Shown here: in pieces, positions 38,685-51,324 of the stretch
Numbering within the stretch: position 1 is the stretch's first letter
Layout: each line of letters opens with the position of its first letter
From: Eukaryota sp. GEM-RC1
Taxonomy: Eukaryota
Length of the DNA: 64,000 nt
NCBI GenBank assembly: GCA_040285855.1
Contig: JAUFOQ010000005.1
Coordinates: 682,001 to 746,000, forward strand
Direction of reading: 5' to 3'
The notes under the pieces: model-generated
Database searches by the model: none
Told to the model about the DNA's origin: nothing
The model's input: only the letters and a program-made list of their open reading frames with translations
Translations under genes and position numbers: made by a program

Positions 38685-41030
38685 ATAATTATTGTGGCCT
38701 CTGCAAAGAGTTGCAATGTATGTGTACTCCGGAGAACTTCACTCCTGGAAACCAAACTAACCCAAACCCTAGTTCCGTTCTAGGTGAAGATTCCAGTTCC
38801 GCCCTGGCTTCTTCCAAGTCTTCCACCGTGAAGGAACTTGGCCCAGATGGACTCCCCTTGGGATGACACTGTGGACTATGACATTGTTTCGGATGAAGAA
38901 CCTTCTTCTAATGGAACTTCGAATGAGAAACCATTCTCTATCGAAAACTCAAATGAGGATCCATCCCCCAATACAACTATAAACGAGGAACCTTCCTCCA
39001 ATATTGTCGAAAATGAGGAACCATCCTCTAATATTGATGAAAATGAGGAACCATCCTCCAAAGTTAATGAAAACGAGGAACCATCCTCCAATAGAACACC
39101 TGCTTCTAAGTCAAATCCACCAGTTGGATGGACCTATCGACCTTCGGTAACTCCTCCGCCTATCCCAATAGTACAGAGATCTACACCTCCTATTAGGACA
39201 CCGGAACCCTTTATTCCGAAATTACCCCCTACACCGTTAGGTTTCGTAATGCCGTCTAAAGATCCACGAGCACCTCCACCTCTACACGCTGAGAGTCCCT
39301 GGAGAGAGCTATGGAATGCCGATGTGAAGATGTTTGGGTCTATTGATAAAGATCAATGGATTCACTTTCAAAGACAATCAAGAAACAATTCTGAGTCTTA
39401 CGGTTTTGTAGAGACAGACCAGTATCTACTTAAACCAGCCAGAACACTAAAAAGATATTGGCAACGGATATATCCCCCTCGACCCTGAGGTTTCGTACAT
39501 CCATGACTGTAACGACAGATTGATGGGCTTTATAATGGATAAAACTCGTCCAAACTCCCTCGTTACTGTGGAACAAGCTTACAACCTCCTACGGAATCCA
39601 CTTCCTAAAGATCAAGTAGAGGCGATCGAAAAACAAGTAGACAACCTCGAAAGATACACCACGGTGAACAGCTTCTTCCATAGAAAACCAACGGTCAATA
39701 CCGACTCCGCGGATACAGTTCCTCCCTTGGTAGCCAACACTCCTTATGTGCCCGGCGGATTTGTTTTTGCAAGAAAGCCCCACGCACCGACCACCCCACT
39801 TCCCAACGAACTTCCACATGACCACATGCTGGAAGAGGACCACACTGCTACCAGAGTTGGAGCCCTATCGGTCTCACCTGAACCGGTTACTCCAACTCAA
39901 TCCAGCTCCAACAGTCCCAACACTGACGTAATCACACCGTACTCAGTACTGAAATTCGCTGAACGGTTACCCACTGACTCCTCCAGTGATTTGAACAAGT
40001 TGATGAAACCGAAATCACTTCACAATCTGGATGACGTTGACGTAATCATTAATTGGATTGCTGAGTACATGAGCTTCTGTACCGCCCAGAAGGACTATAC
40101 ACTACCAGCATCCTCACCACTCGGAGATCCCAAATACTTCTTTGACATTGGTAGGATTGCTGCCAAGGAAGCCGACACTCGTTGGGTCTCTCGACTTGTT
40201 GCGTATCCGGTTCAACAACAGATGAACTATCTAGGTACAGCAACGACTTCCAATGATGAACTCTTCCGACAGATCATCTTAAGAACCCAATTTAAGGACA
40301 TCTTGACCGCAAGAAATAAACTAAACGAAGTTCAGATGAACTGGTCGATCCAAGATTATGAACAAAGATGGCTCGACTTCATCAAACGATTTGATAAAGT
40401 GCTTAACCGAAGTACACTGATTAAATCCTCCTCGGAACCGTCCTACACGATGCTGGACGAAAGAACTATCATCAAAGCTCTTTTGACCAACATTGGTCTC
40501 GCCTCCCTCTACCTAGAACTCTGGCCCAAATGGAAAGACTCCAAGGATTTACACTCCTTCTTTCAACAGTCCTCGAACACTATTACCAATGGTGCAAGAA
40601 ATGGACAAACGGTCCCACACATGTTCAACTTGAACAAAAGAACGTGGAAATTCTCATGCACAGAGACAAGGATTCCTGGAACGACATCCCAAAAGCAATC
40701 CAACGCTCAGCATCCAAAATTTTCGCCCCAGGAAATTTGAAGTCTAAATCATCTTCAAAGAACCCTCACAATGCAGCCCCTCCTTTCAAAAAAGAAGCAT
40801 CGCTCAAACTCATCTGATAGACCTCCTAAGGATGATAACTGCTGTAGCTTTTGCGACTCCCCGGATCACAAGATAAACCTTTGCAATCATCCTGACTGTC
40901 GTAGAAGCGAGCTCCCCGCGGATCAACGTCTTCCACGATCTGAGGCAAAGAAACCTGCCACTCGTAGTCATAGTTCGCGTAAACAAAATAAACATAGTAA
41001 GTATTTCGTGCAATCGATAAACACTATTCA
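38669..41030 (+). CDS. gag: gag of element 2; frameshifted, start uncertain
   Basis: Knuckle CSFCDSPDHKINLC; LGDPKYFFDIGRIAAKEAD resembles element 1 gag LGKPKNRFDFARTALCEVD. Confidence 0.75.
38981..39094 (+). repeat. 30-bp in-frame tandem repeat (NEEPSS-xxx-E), about 4 copies plus degenerate upstream units
   Basis: AAA(C/T)GAGGAACC(T/A)TCCTC repeated every 30 nt. Confidence 0.85.
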
Positions 41031-44000
41031 CAATGATAACACATCATCGTCGGATTCACATAATCCATACATAAACCCACTCCACAACATCAGTAATTCG
41101 AGTGGTACGAACTCACTAAGCCTGAATTCAATATTCAGCATAATCGATCACCAGGATCCACCACCATTCCTCAGCTGCAGTCTGACCATCAATGGTGTTT
41201 CGATCCAGGGTCTTTGGGACAGTGGAGCATCAATGTCCGTAATCACACGAGACCTGGTCGATAGATGCTCAATGAAGTTCATTAACAAGAACGTACCATT
41301 CACATCTGCAAACAACGTCAGGTCTCACTCACTGGGTAGCGCCCAAGGGATCTTGACCTTCAAGTTCAGTAAGGTGACACACCTAACATCTGTGACGAAG
41401 ACTTTACCTATCATCCCTGGATCCAACAAATGTTTGTTAGGTATTGATCTCATGAAGCAGTTGGGTTTACTGACTGAAGAGGGACTAATCATCCCGGTTC
41501 AACAAACTATGATAGCTCAGAGTAACGACGAGTCTGAGTTCGACTCCAACATATCTATGCCCAATAGCCTTTCTGTTATAGACAATATAGATTTCAATAA
41601 ATTTGTTTATGATTCCGGTTGTTCAATCACATTAGATGACGATGACAGAACCAATGAATTACTGAATCTACTCAATGAGTTCTCAGTCATTTTCGATTCC
41701 GTTCCCCACAAAGATGGCATCGATTGTCCACCGATGACAATTGACTTCTACGACGAAGAGTCCACGGTGAAACGAAAACCTCGGAGGCTTAATCCAGTCA
41801 AACAAAGGATAGCCAAAGAAACTTTTCATGAACTAGTACGTTTGGGATACGCTGAGTATACTACACCCAACGGAAAATTCAGCTCTTCGGTAGTACTTGT
41901 GGTCTACCCCGATCACCGTAAGCCTAGACTTACTGGTGACTTCAGTGGTACTGGAGGAGTCAACGAACTTACTAAACCGGTCCAACCGAATCTACCGAGA
42001 ATCGCAGACATACAGGAATTCCTGAGTGAAGCTGACTACATAGCCACTCTCGACCTGCCAAAAGCATTTTGGCAACTGAATCTGCGGATCACGAACGCGA
42101 CAAGACAACTCTAGTCATCCATGGCCTAGCCATTCGATTCAAACGAGCTTGTTTTGGTTTGAAGAACGTACCAGCAATCTTTCAAAACTTAATGATGGAT
42201 ATTTTCGACCACGAAGGAATATTCATCTACATCGATGACATCATCATAGTCGCCAAAACTTTTGATGAATACTTATCTAGAATAAAATTCGTTCTTGAGA
42301 GAGCCCAACTCTATAGAGTCAACCTTGGCTTACACAAGTGCAAGTTCATAACAAAGAATCATCCCATAACTATCTTAGGTTGCGAATACATCGACAACAC
42401 TCGTCGAATCGATTCAAAACGCGTAGAAGCTCTAGTAAACATACCAACACCGACCACCATCAAAGAAATTCGAAGTTTCGTCGGTTCTATCAACTACATT
42501 AAAGATTTCATAGCAGATGCATCGGACCTACTAGCTCCCATAATAGCCCTAGTAAAGAACAAAGCACGAACAGTTCATTGGACACCTCAACTTCAATCAA
42601 ATTTTGATGAAATCAAAAGAGGATAATCAATCACATGCCACTATGTCTACCAGACAAAGACAGACGCATACTGATCAGCGCAGACGCTAGGGATATCGCC
42701 GTAGGTGGTGTCGTCTGGCTAGAATGCACCCCTCATTCACCTGAGGGAACTCCACTGAACGACCGCAAAGTAGAACCACTTGCATTCTACAGCAAACTAC
42801 TCACTGACTCTCAACAGAACTGGGCCACAATTCAAAAGGAATTGTACGCCATTCTCCTGATATTAACAGAATCTCAACTGTCGTCGTACCTTATCAGCAG
42901 GGAACTAACGATCTTCACTGATCATAAGAACCTCGCTTACTTAATCTCAGCACCTGAGAAGAACAGGATGGTCAAACGATGGATCCCTATTCTCAGCGAA
43001 TACCTATTCACCATAGTCCACACCAGTGGCGAAGACAACCATTGGGCTGACATGATGTCACGCAATGTTATCCAAGACGCAACAACTGAGTCTATAAACA
43101 ACATAGTCACATATTGCCCAGAGCATTTGTTCTCTATAACCGATAGCCGATGTCCTACTGATGAGGATACGGATTATCAAACTTTATCAACAGAGTCAAT
43201 CGACATGATTGACGATGCCCTGATCAACAAATTGAAGTTATTCGACGCTTGGCTTTCGAAAGTACGCTCTACACAAGTAGAAGCCATCAAAAATAACGAT
43301 ACATTGTTCCAACATCCGTCTACTTGGTTTAATGAAGAGTTCCAGCTATACATGAATAGCAACAACAAGATCTTGATACCAAGTGCCTTGGTGAAAACCA
43401 CCCTGAACCACTTACACGGTTTTCCACATGTAGGTCACCATAGCATTAAAGATAGCATTGATCGGCTAAAATCTAGTGACTACTTCTGGCCCAGCATGAT
43501 CAACGACATGAAAACTCACTGCAAGCAATGTCCAGCTTGTCAAAAGACAGCTCCCCCTTGCCAAAACAACTATCAAATCTTCAGGTAATTTGTGGTCCGA
43601 CAAACCATTTGCAAAGATGAACGTCGAAACTATAGGACCACTTCCCACTGACACATCGGGAAACATTTACTTACTAGTGTTCATAGATTCCTTCACCAGA
43701 TTCACAATCCTATGTCCACTAAAGGAACTGAATGCTCATGAGACAGCATATTCGTTAGTGTGTAACGTTTGCGCCATCTTCGGCATTCCAGATCTCATTC
43801 ACAGTGATAATGGCAAAGAATTTGCTAATCACGTTTTCAATGACGTCTGCAAGCAATTTGACATCACAACTAATAAATCTATACCTAGTTTCTCTCCTAG
43901 CAACGGTTAAGTTGAACGTCGACACAGAGACATTCTACAAGCTTTACGAAAGATGCTCATAGACTTCAATGACTATGACAACTGGAGTAAATACATCCCA

Positions 44001-44787
44001 CTAGTACAACTGCTGGTAAACACTACGAAGAGTAGAGTAACCGGCTTTACACCGTACGAACAGATGTTTGGATCTAACACCAACCCTGATAGTGATCCAA
44101 GCAAAATCATCTCTTGCCTCACTCAGAACAAGATTTCAGAAGATTCCTTTCTAGCTGATTACCAATCAAAATTAACAAGAATTTTGGAAAAAACGGGAAG
44201 AAGCAGAAACCACCCAATCATCTATCAAATCTTCCATTACTACAGTCGATACACCCTCGCTATTCGCTATCGGTGACTTAGTACTACGAAGTAACAAAGC
44301 AGCTAAGAAGCTTCATGGCAAACAAGAGGGACCGTACCTCGTAATTGATATACCTTCCAAAAGCTCACTTGAACTGCAGAACTTTGTCACCGGACATCGC
44401 TTCCGCTCCAGCATTCATCTATGCACCAAGTACCTTTCCGACAAACCCTCCTCTGATGAGTTCCACAAAGCAGTAGCATCTTGTGACTCTGAAGAGATGG
44501 TCATCATCGAGATCCTTGATCAACGTGATTCACCTACAGGTCCCATATGTTCCGTCGTATGGTTTGACGGCGATACTACTGAGGAAACTCTAAGTCTGGT
44601 TAAGAACACTAAGGCTTACTCAAGTTTTATTAAACTAAATCCTCACGCCAAACCCAAATCTAAACCCAATACTAAATCTAGAAGTACGCGTAATAGAAAA
44701 GCGATCCCTAGTAACACTCCTAATTCTGTCATTCACACTACTCCACCTGCCAAGAGGACTAGGTCCTCGAGAAAGGAGAAGAAGTAA
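41031..44787 (+). CDS. pol: pol of element 2 (protease, RT, RNase H, integrase, chromodomain-like); frameshifts and stops
   Basis: WDSGASMSVI, LDLPKAFWQ, YIDDI, ADARDIAVGG, TDHKNL, CPAC, SDNGKEF, EILD..VVWFDG. Confidence 0.92.
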
Positions 44788-44864
44788 TGTTAGTGTAATG
44801 ACTCATCAGGACCTTTATCCCTAAATAAATTCACTTTTCTCTATTCATATGACTAAGACCAACA
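44788..44864 (+). repeat. 3' LTR of element 2 (77 bp)
   Basis: One mismatch to the 5' LTR; followed by TSD TATG. Confidence 0.92.
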
Positions 44865-47800
44865 TATGACATAGACAAAAATCTTGATGAACAGTACTCA
44901 AGAAAGAACGAGGAATGTTGAATGCCTTGCCAATGTTGGCAGCATTGTCTGTCGTCACAGTCAGCACTTTTTCTGCAATTCCGAATTCTTGTAATACTTT
45001 AGTTACAACAGCATTTACTTGATCACCAGTATGAGGATGTTCGAAAAGATCTACATTCAGCACTATGGAATGGAATTGGAAATCTTCTATAAAATGGCAG
45101 GTGATTCCAAGGAATGGAAGTCGTTGCCTTGAGGACCAAAGATCAAGAGTAAGATTGATTGCATTTGGTTTTTTAAGGAGAGAGATTATGTGGGATTTCT
45201 GATGTGTGTAGTTTTGAATGATACGGCTTCTTACAGTTTTTCGACACGGTTGTGCAATCTTAGGTGATATGAAAGTCAAAAGAGCTCGCAAGATACTGGA
45301 CTCGGCAAAAGTGAAAGGCAAGTGATCATGAGTAACGAAATCCTCAATAAGTGAGACAACATAATTTATCTGCCCTGGGGAAAGTTCTAAGTTCAAAGAA
45401 GGTGGAACAGCAATAGGTGCATTACTGTCCAAAGCGACCTGTTTTTTGTTATCAGAGGAAAAGAGGCTATGGTCATTTTTCAGGTGCTTCTTCAGAACGT
45501 TGTCTGATGTCCTCAAAGAGAACGTTGTAGAGCAACCTTGAAAAGAGCATTCTCGTCTCTGACACTCGATCCCATCATCAACGAGGGTGACTACCGTAAA
45601 ATAAGACTTGACGGTACGGTTGGTCATGAGAGTTAAAAGATGAAGTTATATGTTTATATTCACTATTTAGAAAGTAACTATCTCCAGAAAGTAACTCTCC
45701 AGTGCGAATATAAATGTAACTTAAAACACAATAGGTGCAGTTCAGCTCTATCGTCATTACTGCTTTCTGAAGTATCACTGATTTGAAAAAGCGAGTATGA
45801 GTATTACTCGAGTAATACTCAGGATTTATTACTCATTACTCTACTTGAGTAATGACTAAGTATTACTCGAGTAGAGTAATTTCCCGCCTCTAATCAGAGA
45901 CTTCAATCTTTCTTGAATAACTATATTTCAATTAATTCAGTAAGAATTATGAGTAATCAGAATCAAGAAATTTCAAATTTGAGGAGTGGAATGGTTAAAA
46001 CTCAGGACTTCTTCCAGAAACAACTCCAAATTCATACCGATTATATCAATAATCACTTAGACATGGAATCTGATTGAATTCATTACATGCACCAAATTGA
46101 AAAGGAAAATTCAAAACTCAAAAGTGAATGGAGTGAAGCACGGACAAACTTTCAGAAACTACTCAAAGCTGAAACTCAATCTCTTAAAGAACAATTTAAC
46201 AATATGATCACTGCACAGACGTATCTCGATCAACGGTTAACTGCAGTTTTAGATTATCTCAAAAACCAATCAGTTAACATCAAGCAATCGTTTGTGGATC
46301 AAATCAAGTCAGAACGGTACTATCAAAGCCAACAGTTAGCAAAAGTTGAGAAAACACTTCATCATCAACTTTTGTCTGAAAGTGACCATCATAATGGACG
46401 GCTATCGCGTTTTACTAAAGAACTTCACAATGTGCAGGAACGAATTTACTGTAGAGAAGATGTTGTCACCCAAAAGTTTGCTAAAGTAGAAGAAACACTT
46501 AAGAATCACATCAAGTCTGAACAAGATAGATTTGATCGACGCATAGTTACTGTCAAACAATCACTTCAAGCTAAACTTGAGTCTGAAAGGGATTATCAAA
46601 ATGAGCGGTTAACTCCACTTACGATGGAAATACAAACACTACAGAATGACACCAGCGTTAGACAAAAAATTGTCAACGAAAATTTTGTTAAAATGCAAGA
46701 ATCAATTCAGAATTTCATTAAGTCTGAGCAAGATGATTATGATCGACACGTAGTTGCTGTTAATCAATTAATACATAGTGAAATTGAGTCTGAAAGGGAT
46801 TATCAAAGTCAACAATTAGCTAATGTTGAAAAATAAATTCAGGCTCAATTGTTGTCCCAAAGAGAACACCAAAATGAGCGATTAGCGCCACTTACGAATG
46901 AAATTCAATTACTGAAAACGAAAATCAGCTCCGGACACAGTACTACCAACAAACAGCTTACTGAAGTTCGTCAATCGATTGATCTAAAAGAACAGCAGAG
47001 ACTTTCCATCAAGAATCAACTTCAGTCACTTCAAAATCAAATCACAGTTCTTAAAGCACATGTTGATCAGGAATATTTGGTAAGTGAAGATCAAATTGGT
47101 TTGTTTGATGCTGCTATTTGTGGATCTAATTTGTTCCTCTCCAGTGATTTTGTGTTGGTTCAAGCAAAATTCGGTGACCAATTTTATTGTAATAATTTTG
47201 TGGCAATTCCACTTCTTGATCATTTTAAAGTTAAACTGACTCTTGTCAGTGGTGATGGACAAGCTTTTCTTGGATTTGTTACCAGCAAAAGTCCGCAAAG
47301 CCGTGTTCTGGAAATGTGGATTGCGACCGATGGATCACGTAGATCTGAAACACTGTTTTCCCCGTCAAAACCAAACTTTCCGCCATTACCAAAGGGTGTT
47401 ATATTATAATTGAGTTTGCAAACGGTAAAGCGATATTCACACCCTCAACCTCACAAATGGCCTTTTCAACTCCAATATTACCAGGCTGTGTTTTTGGTTT
47501 GAAAACATACACTGCTGAACAAACATGGCGACTCCAACGTGTTTGATTTACATTGTTTTTTCTGCCAATAAATGTTCTTGATGTTTGACAGTAACTCACT
47601 GTGATTATGTCCATTAATTCTATACGAACTCATGTACACCAATTTTGGCCAGAGGACCACTACCTGCTGAACAGATGCTAGCTTTATAATGAACATATCG
47701 AGAATCTCCTAAAGACGGTTCATTTACTGCCAAAAGAATGGACGATGAAGGACAGTTGGCCACATTGCTGACTCAGATCGATATGTATGTTGTACTGGTT

Positions 47801-48366
47801 GTGTGGAAGAAGATGAAATGAATTTGATTGGAATGTTGACGTCATCATGCCCTTAAGTAAAAGAAATTCTTCAAAGCAGTTACAACTAATGAAAGAATGT
47901 TGCCTCCACGGTTTGGTACCAGCTTGGTACGCTAACCACTAAAAGCAACGAAGACTCCTTCTGATTGACTGTATCGTGTCATATATATCTATGTCACACC
48001 AAGTTAACCTGATACATATACTCTTTGAACAATTGTAAGACCTCACGGTCTATCTTCTACGTCAAGATAACACGTTTTGTCTCTTGTTTGTTGTCTCTCT
48101 TGTGAAACACCCACATCTTTACCAATAGCGTTTCTATAGTATCTTGTCTTTCCTTCGTCTTAACTACGAAGACATACAGTTATCATAAATCGGTTCTTAC
48201 ACAATACACTGGTTATCCCCTAAGTCATCCACAACAAACATGAAAGTCCATTGTTTCCAGTTAACGTTTAAAACAAACAACACCAATAGGCATCTTCCAT
48301 CTGAAGACTAAACCCCAATAAGTCACATCCTGAAGAAATCCGTTTATTTACTCTACTAGAACGTCA

Positions 48367-50422
48367 ATGTCTCAACTTGATCATCATTTATGTCCAACAA
48401 ACCTTCCCATCTCCATTCTTGATTCAACTGAAGCCTTTGAATTGCTCTCCGATCGAGAAAAGTTGTTTGCTTTCCATTTCTCTCAAGCAGTATGGAGTGG
48501 TCTCGACATCATCATTGCACAAGTCAGTGAAGAATCCCCCGCTATCCTCTCCCTCTTAACGCTTCTCTTCTCAAATTACTCTCTATCTGAACTCAATGAT
48601 AAAGCCCAGTCTCTTCAGCTCCCCTCCGATCTTGTTACTTTCGTTGCTGAATACTTCGTCGTTTGCTCTGAGAACAAGGGTAACTATCTAGGCTTTGGGG
48701 ATGCTAAAATCATCCCCCGATTCAGTTCTTCTGACTTCTCTGCACTAATCGCTGCTCTTCCTCTTTCATACCAGCTTGCTCCTCTGTTCAACAGCGTTAG
48801 TGATGCAATGTTTAGTCTATCTGAGCAAGATTCACATCTTTCTCTTAGTAAATCCGCTTACTATCAAGGTACGTTTACTCTAGAAGAAGTCAAGGAAATT
48901 CAACAGGAATTATCAAGACTGAGTATTCTTCCTCACAATACTAGAGTTTTCAAGTCTCCTTCTGGTCAAGTTGACGTGTTAGTTAGCAGTGTTGGAAAGA
49001 AAGGAAGAGCAAAAGGAGAAGTTTCGACTCATTTATGGGGATTTTTCCACTCCATTATCCAAGGTTGTTAAAAATCTCGAAAAGGCAAGGGAATACGTGA
49101 GCAATGACAATCAATCACAAATGATTGACCATTACATCAAACATTTTCGAACAGGATCAGTTGAAGAATTTAAAAATTCAATGAAATTTTGGGTTTCAGA
49201 TAAGGGTCCAGTCGTTGAAACTACAATTGGTTTTATTGAAAGTTACAGAGATGTTGTTTTAGGGGAACGATGTGAGTTCGAAGGCTACGTGGCTGTTGTC
49301 AATCAAAAGGAATCCAAAATTTTGAAATCATTTGTAGAAAACGTTCCAACTCAAATTTTTCCCCTTTACCCTGGTCAATGGAGTTCGAAGCAAATGAATT
49401 TCAAAGTCCAGACTTTAACTCCCTTGATGTTATTTGCTTTAATACCACTGGTCTTCCAGCTGGAATTAATCTTCCAAATTTCAATGATATTAAGGAGAAT
49501 TACGGATTTAAAAATGTTTCTTTGAGTAACGTTCTTTCAGCCCCTGAACCTCGTCAAAAAATGTTTTTTATTAGTGATTCTGATCAAGAGTTGCTGTTTG
49601 AGTTTAAGTCTACAGCATTCAAAGTTCAAGTTGCTGTTCACGAGCAAGGTCATGGAACTGGTAAATTATGGATGAAAAATAACGATGAAACGTTCAATTT
49701 TGATCGTTCGGTCAAAAATCCAGTTACTGGAGGAGATTGTGGATTTTATGATGTGGGACAAAGTTATGATTCTGTTATTGGAAAGTTCTCGTCACCAATG
49801 GAGGTATGGTTTCTTAACTTTTAAAATATTAACCACAGGAATGCAGAGCTGAATGTATTGCGCTTTATCTATCCACATTCGACAATGTTTTAGAAATGTT
49901 TCAAATTCCTTCTGAAAACTTGAACAAGGTCAGAAATGCAATGTTTTTGAACCTATGTCGTGGTGCTGTCCTAGGATTAGAACATTTCAATATGAGTACA
50001 CTTTCTTTTCACAGAGCCATATTTATGCTAGATGGGTCATATTATCTACTTTAATGAAAGCTGGAATTGCATCTATTTCAAAAAGTCAAAATGAAGAAGG
50101 TTTTGAGCTTTCTCTTGATTTCTCACGACTTTGTTCTGATGGCCGGAAGGTCATTGGTGAATTGTTGCTGTCAATTCATGTTGCACGTTGCACTGCTGAT
50201 AGAGAAGCAGGCGTCGAAATCATGACGTCTCACCTTCCTAATCCGGAGGAAATCAACGAATTACGGAACAAGGTTATTGAATTTAAAAGACCTAGACCTT
50301 TCTTTGTTCAGCCCAAATTGTTGATGAATGAATTAAAAAATGTTGAATTGGTTAATTTTGAAGCTAATCTAGAAGGTTACATCAAGAGTATTGTTGCAAA
50401 GTCCGGCTTTGTTATTTTGTAA
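48367..50422 (+). CDS. DPP3: Dipeptidyl peptidase III (M49); one intron, about three homopolymer frameshifts
   Basis: NKGNYLGFGDAKIIPR, WVSDKGPVVETTIGFIESYRD, PAGINLPN, GFKNVSLSNV, HEQGHGTGKL, E|ECRAE. Confidence 0.93.
49804..49838 (+). other. 35-nt spliceosomal intron in DPP3
   Basis: GTATGG...CACAG; removal restores MEECRAE. Confidence 0.9.
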
Positions 50423-50637
50423 ATAAATTCCATTTTATCTGTTAGTATATGTTAATTAGAACAAACATGAAACTCGAAAGTTCACTTAAGGGAGATGTTT
50501 TACCATTAGTTCCACAATAAGCCACTTTTACTGGTGGTCACTATATCTTCACATGAAAGAACCAACAGTGTTCAGATTGAATTCTCCAATTGACTTTAAG
50601 GAGGTAGAGTTTTGAGAGGAAATGATGTTGGGCCAAC

Positions 50638-51298
50638 TAGGGTTGTTAAAATGAGCCGAGTCAAGCCTACAATTTGCAGCTTGACTTGACTCATGAGGCA
50701 ACTAAGAAAGGTCCTTTTCAAAGTTGTGCCGTGACCATAGGAAAAATTTTAATCAGTCTCTTTGGCGCAATCGCATTGTTTTGTCCTTACACAGAAGTTT
50801 CCCAAAGTATTTGAATCGTATTCTGGACAAATTATATCGTGGTAGTTCAAGAGTAGATGTGGATCATTTAATATCTTTTAAGTACTAGTTGTTAGTATTT
50901 GGTTAATTTATTACATAAAACCTTTATTATAACATAACACAAATCCTACTGTTTTCAACTGATCTGAACTTAATACACCTGTTCCGTACCACAAGCGATT
51001 TTTTTCGGCAACATGTGTCCAAATAGGAGAACGAACTTCACTAAAGTCGTCGTCAATAATGATAGGGTTTGATGAAGACATTGAAGACAGACGGAGATCA
51101 GCTACTTATTCGATGTGCACGTGATTGAAATAGAATACGTTTAATTTGTATTAAATTTTGTTTATTAGAGTAAACTTGATTAGAGCTGACTCACGGACAG
51201 AAACATAGGCTGGACTCGACTCATGAGTCAAATGAGCCTGACTCGAGCTGACTGACTCAAAGCTCAGTGAGTCAGCTTGACTCAAAATTACAATCCTA
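50638..51298. mobile_element. hAT-type MITE with GACTCA/TGAGTC subterminal repeats
   Basis: TIRs TAGGGTTGT / TAGGATTGT; degenerate TSD GGGCCAAC/GAACCAAC. Confidence 0.65.
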
Positions 51299-51324
51299 GA
51301 ACCAACACGGCAGTGAATCCGATC

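Larger units (their letters stand above)
38608..44864 (+). mobile_element. Full-length Ty3/Gypsy (chromovirus-like) LTR retrotransposon 2
   Basis: 77-bp LTRs with one mismatch, TG...CA ends, 4-bp TSD TATG, PPT GAGAAAGGAGAAGAAG. Confidence 0.95.
37528..45627 (-). pseudogene. hAT transposase (segments 44865-45627 and 37528-38607) split at the CxxH motif by LTR element 2
   Basis: BED finger, TLDLWSS, TTDNAAN, CLCH|IVNL, IRWNAT, FLDPR, SSVATESLFSRAG. Confidence 0.92.
37359..45892 (-). mobile_element. hAT DNA transposon (TACTCGAGTA family) carrying nested LTR element 2
   Basis: TIR TAGAGG(T/C)GGGAA; perfect 8-bp TSD ATCAGAGA. Confidence 0.95.
35860..47546 (+). pseudogene. BTB protein, copy 2 (BTB-BTB-helical, long coiled coil, SPRY-like), split by the hAT insertion 37359-45892
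   Basis: Sequence resumes exactly after the TSD (CIDQR|LQSFL); in-frame stops at ~46075 and ~46834. Confidence 0.85.

Noticed and set aside
46070..46840. In-frame TGA/TAA as a sign of an alternative genetic code
   Set aside because: Conserved genes end in TAA or TGA and lack internal in-frame stops; these stops are in a TE-disrupted copy
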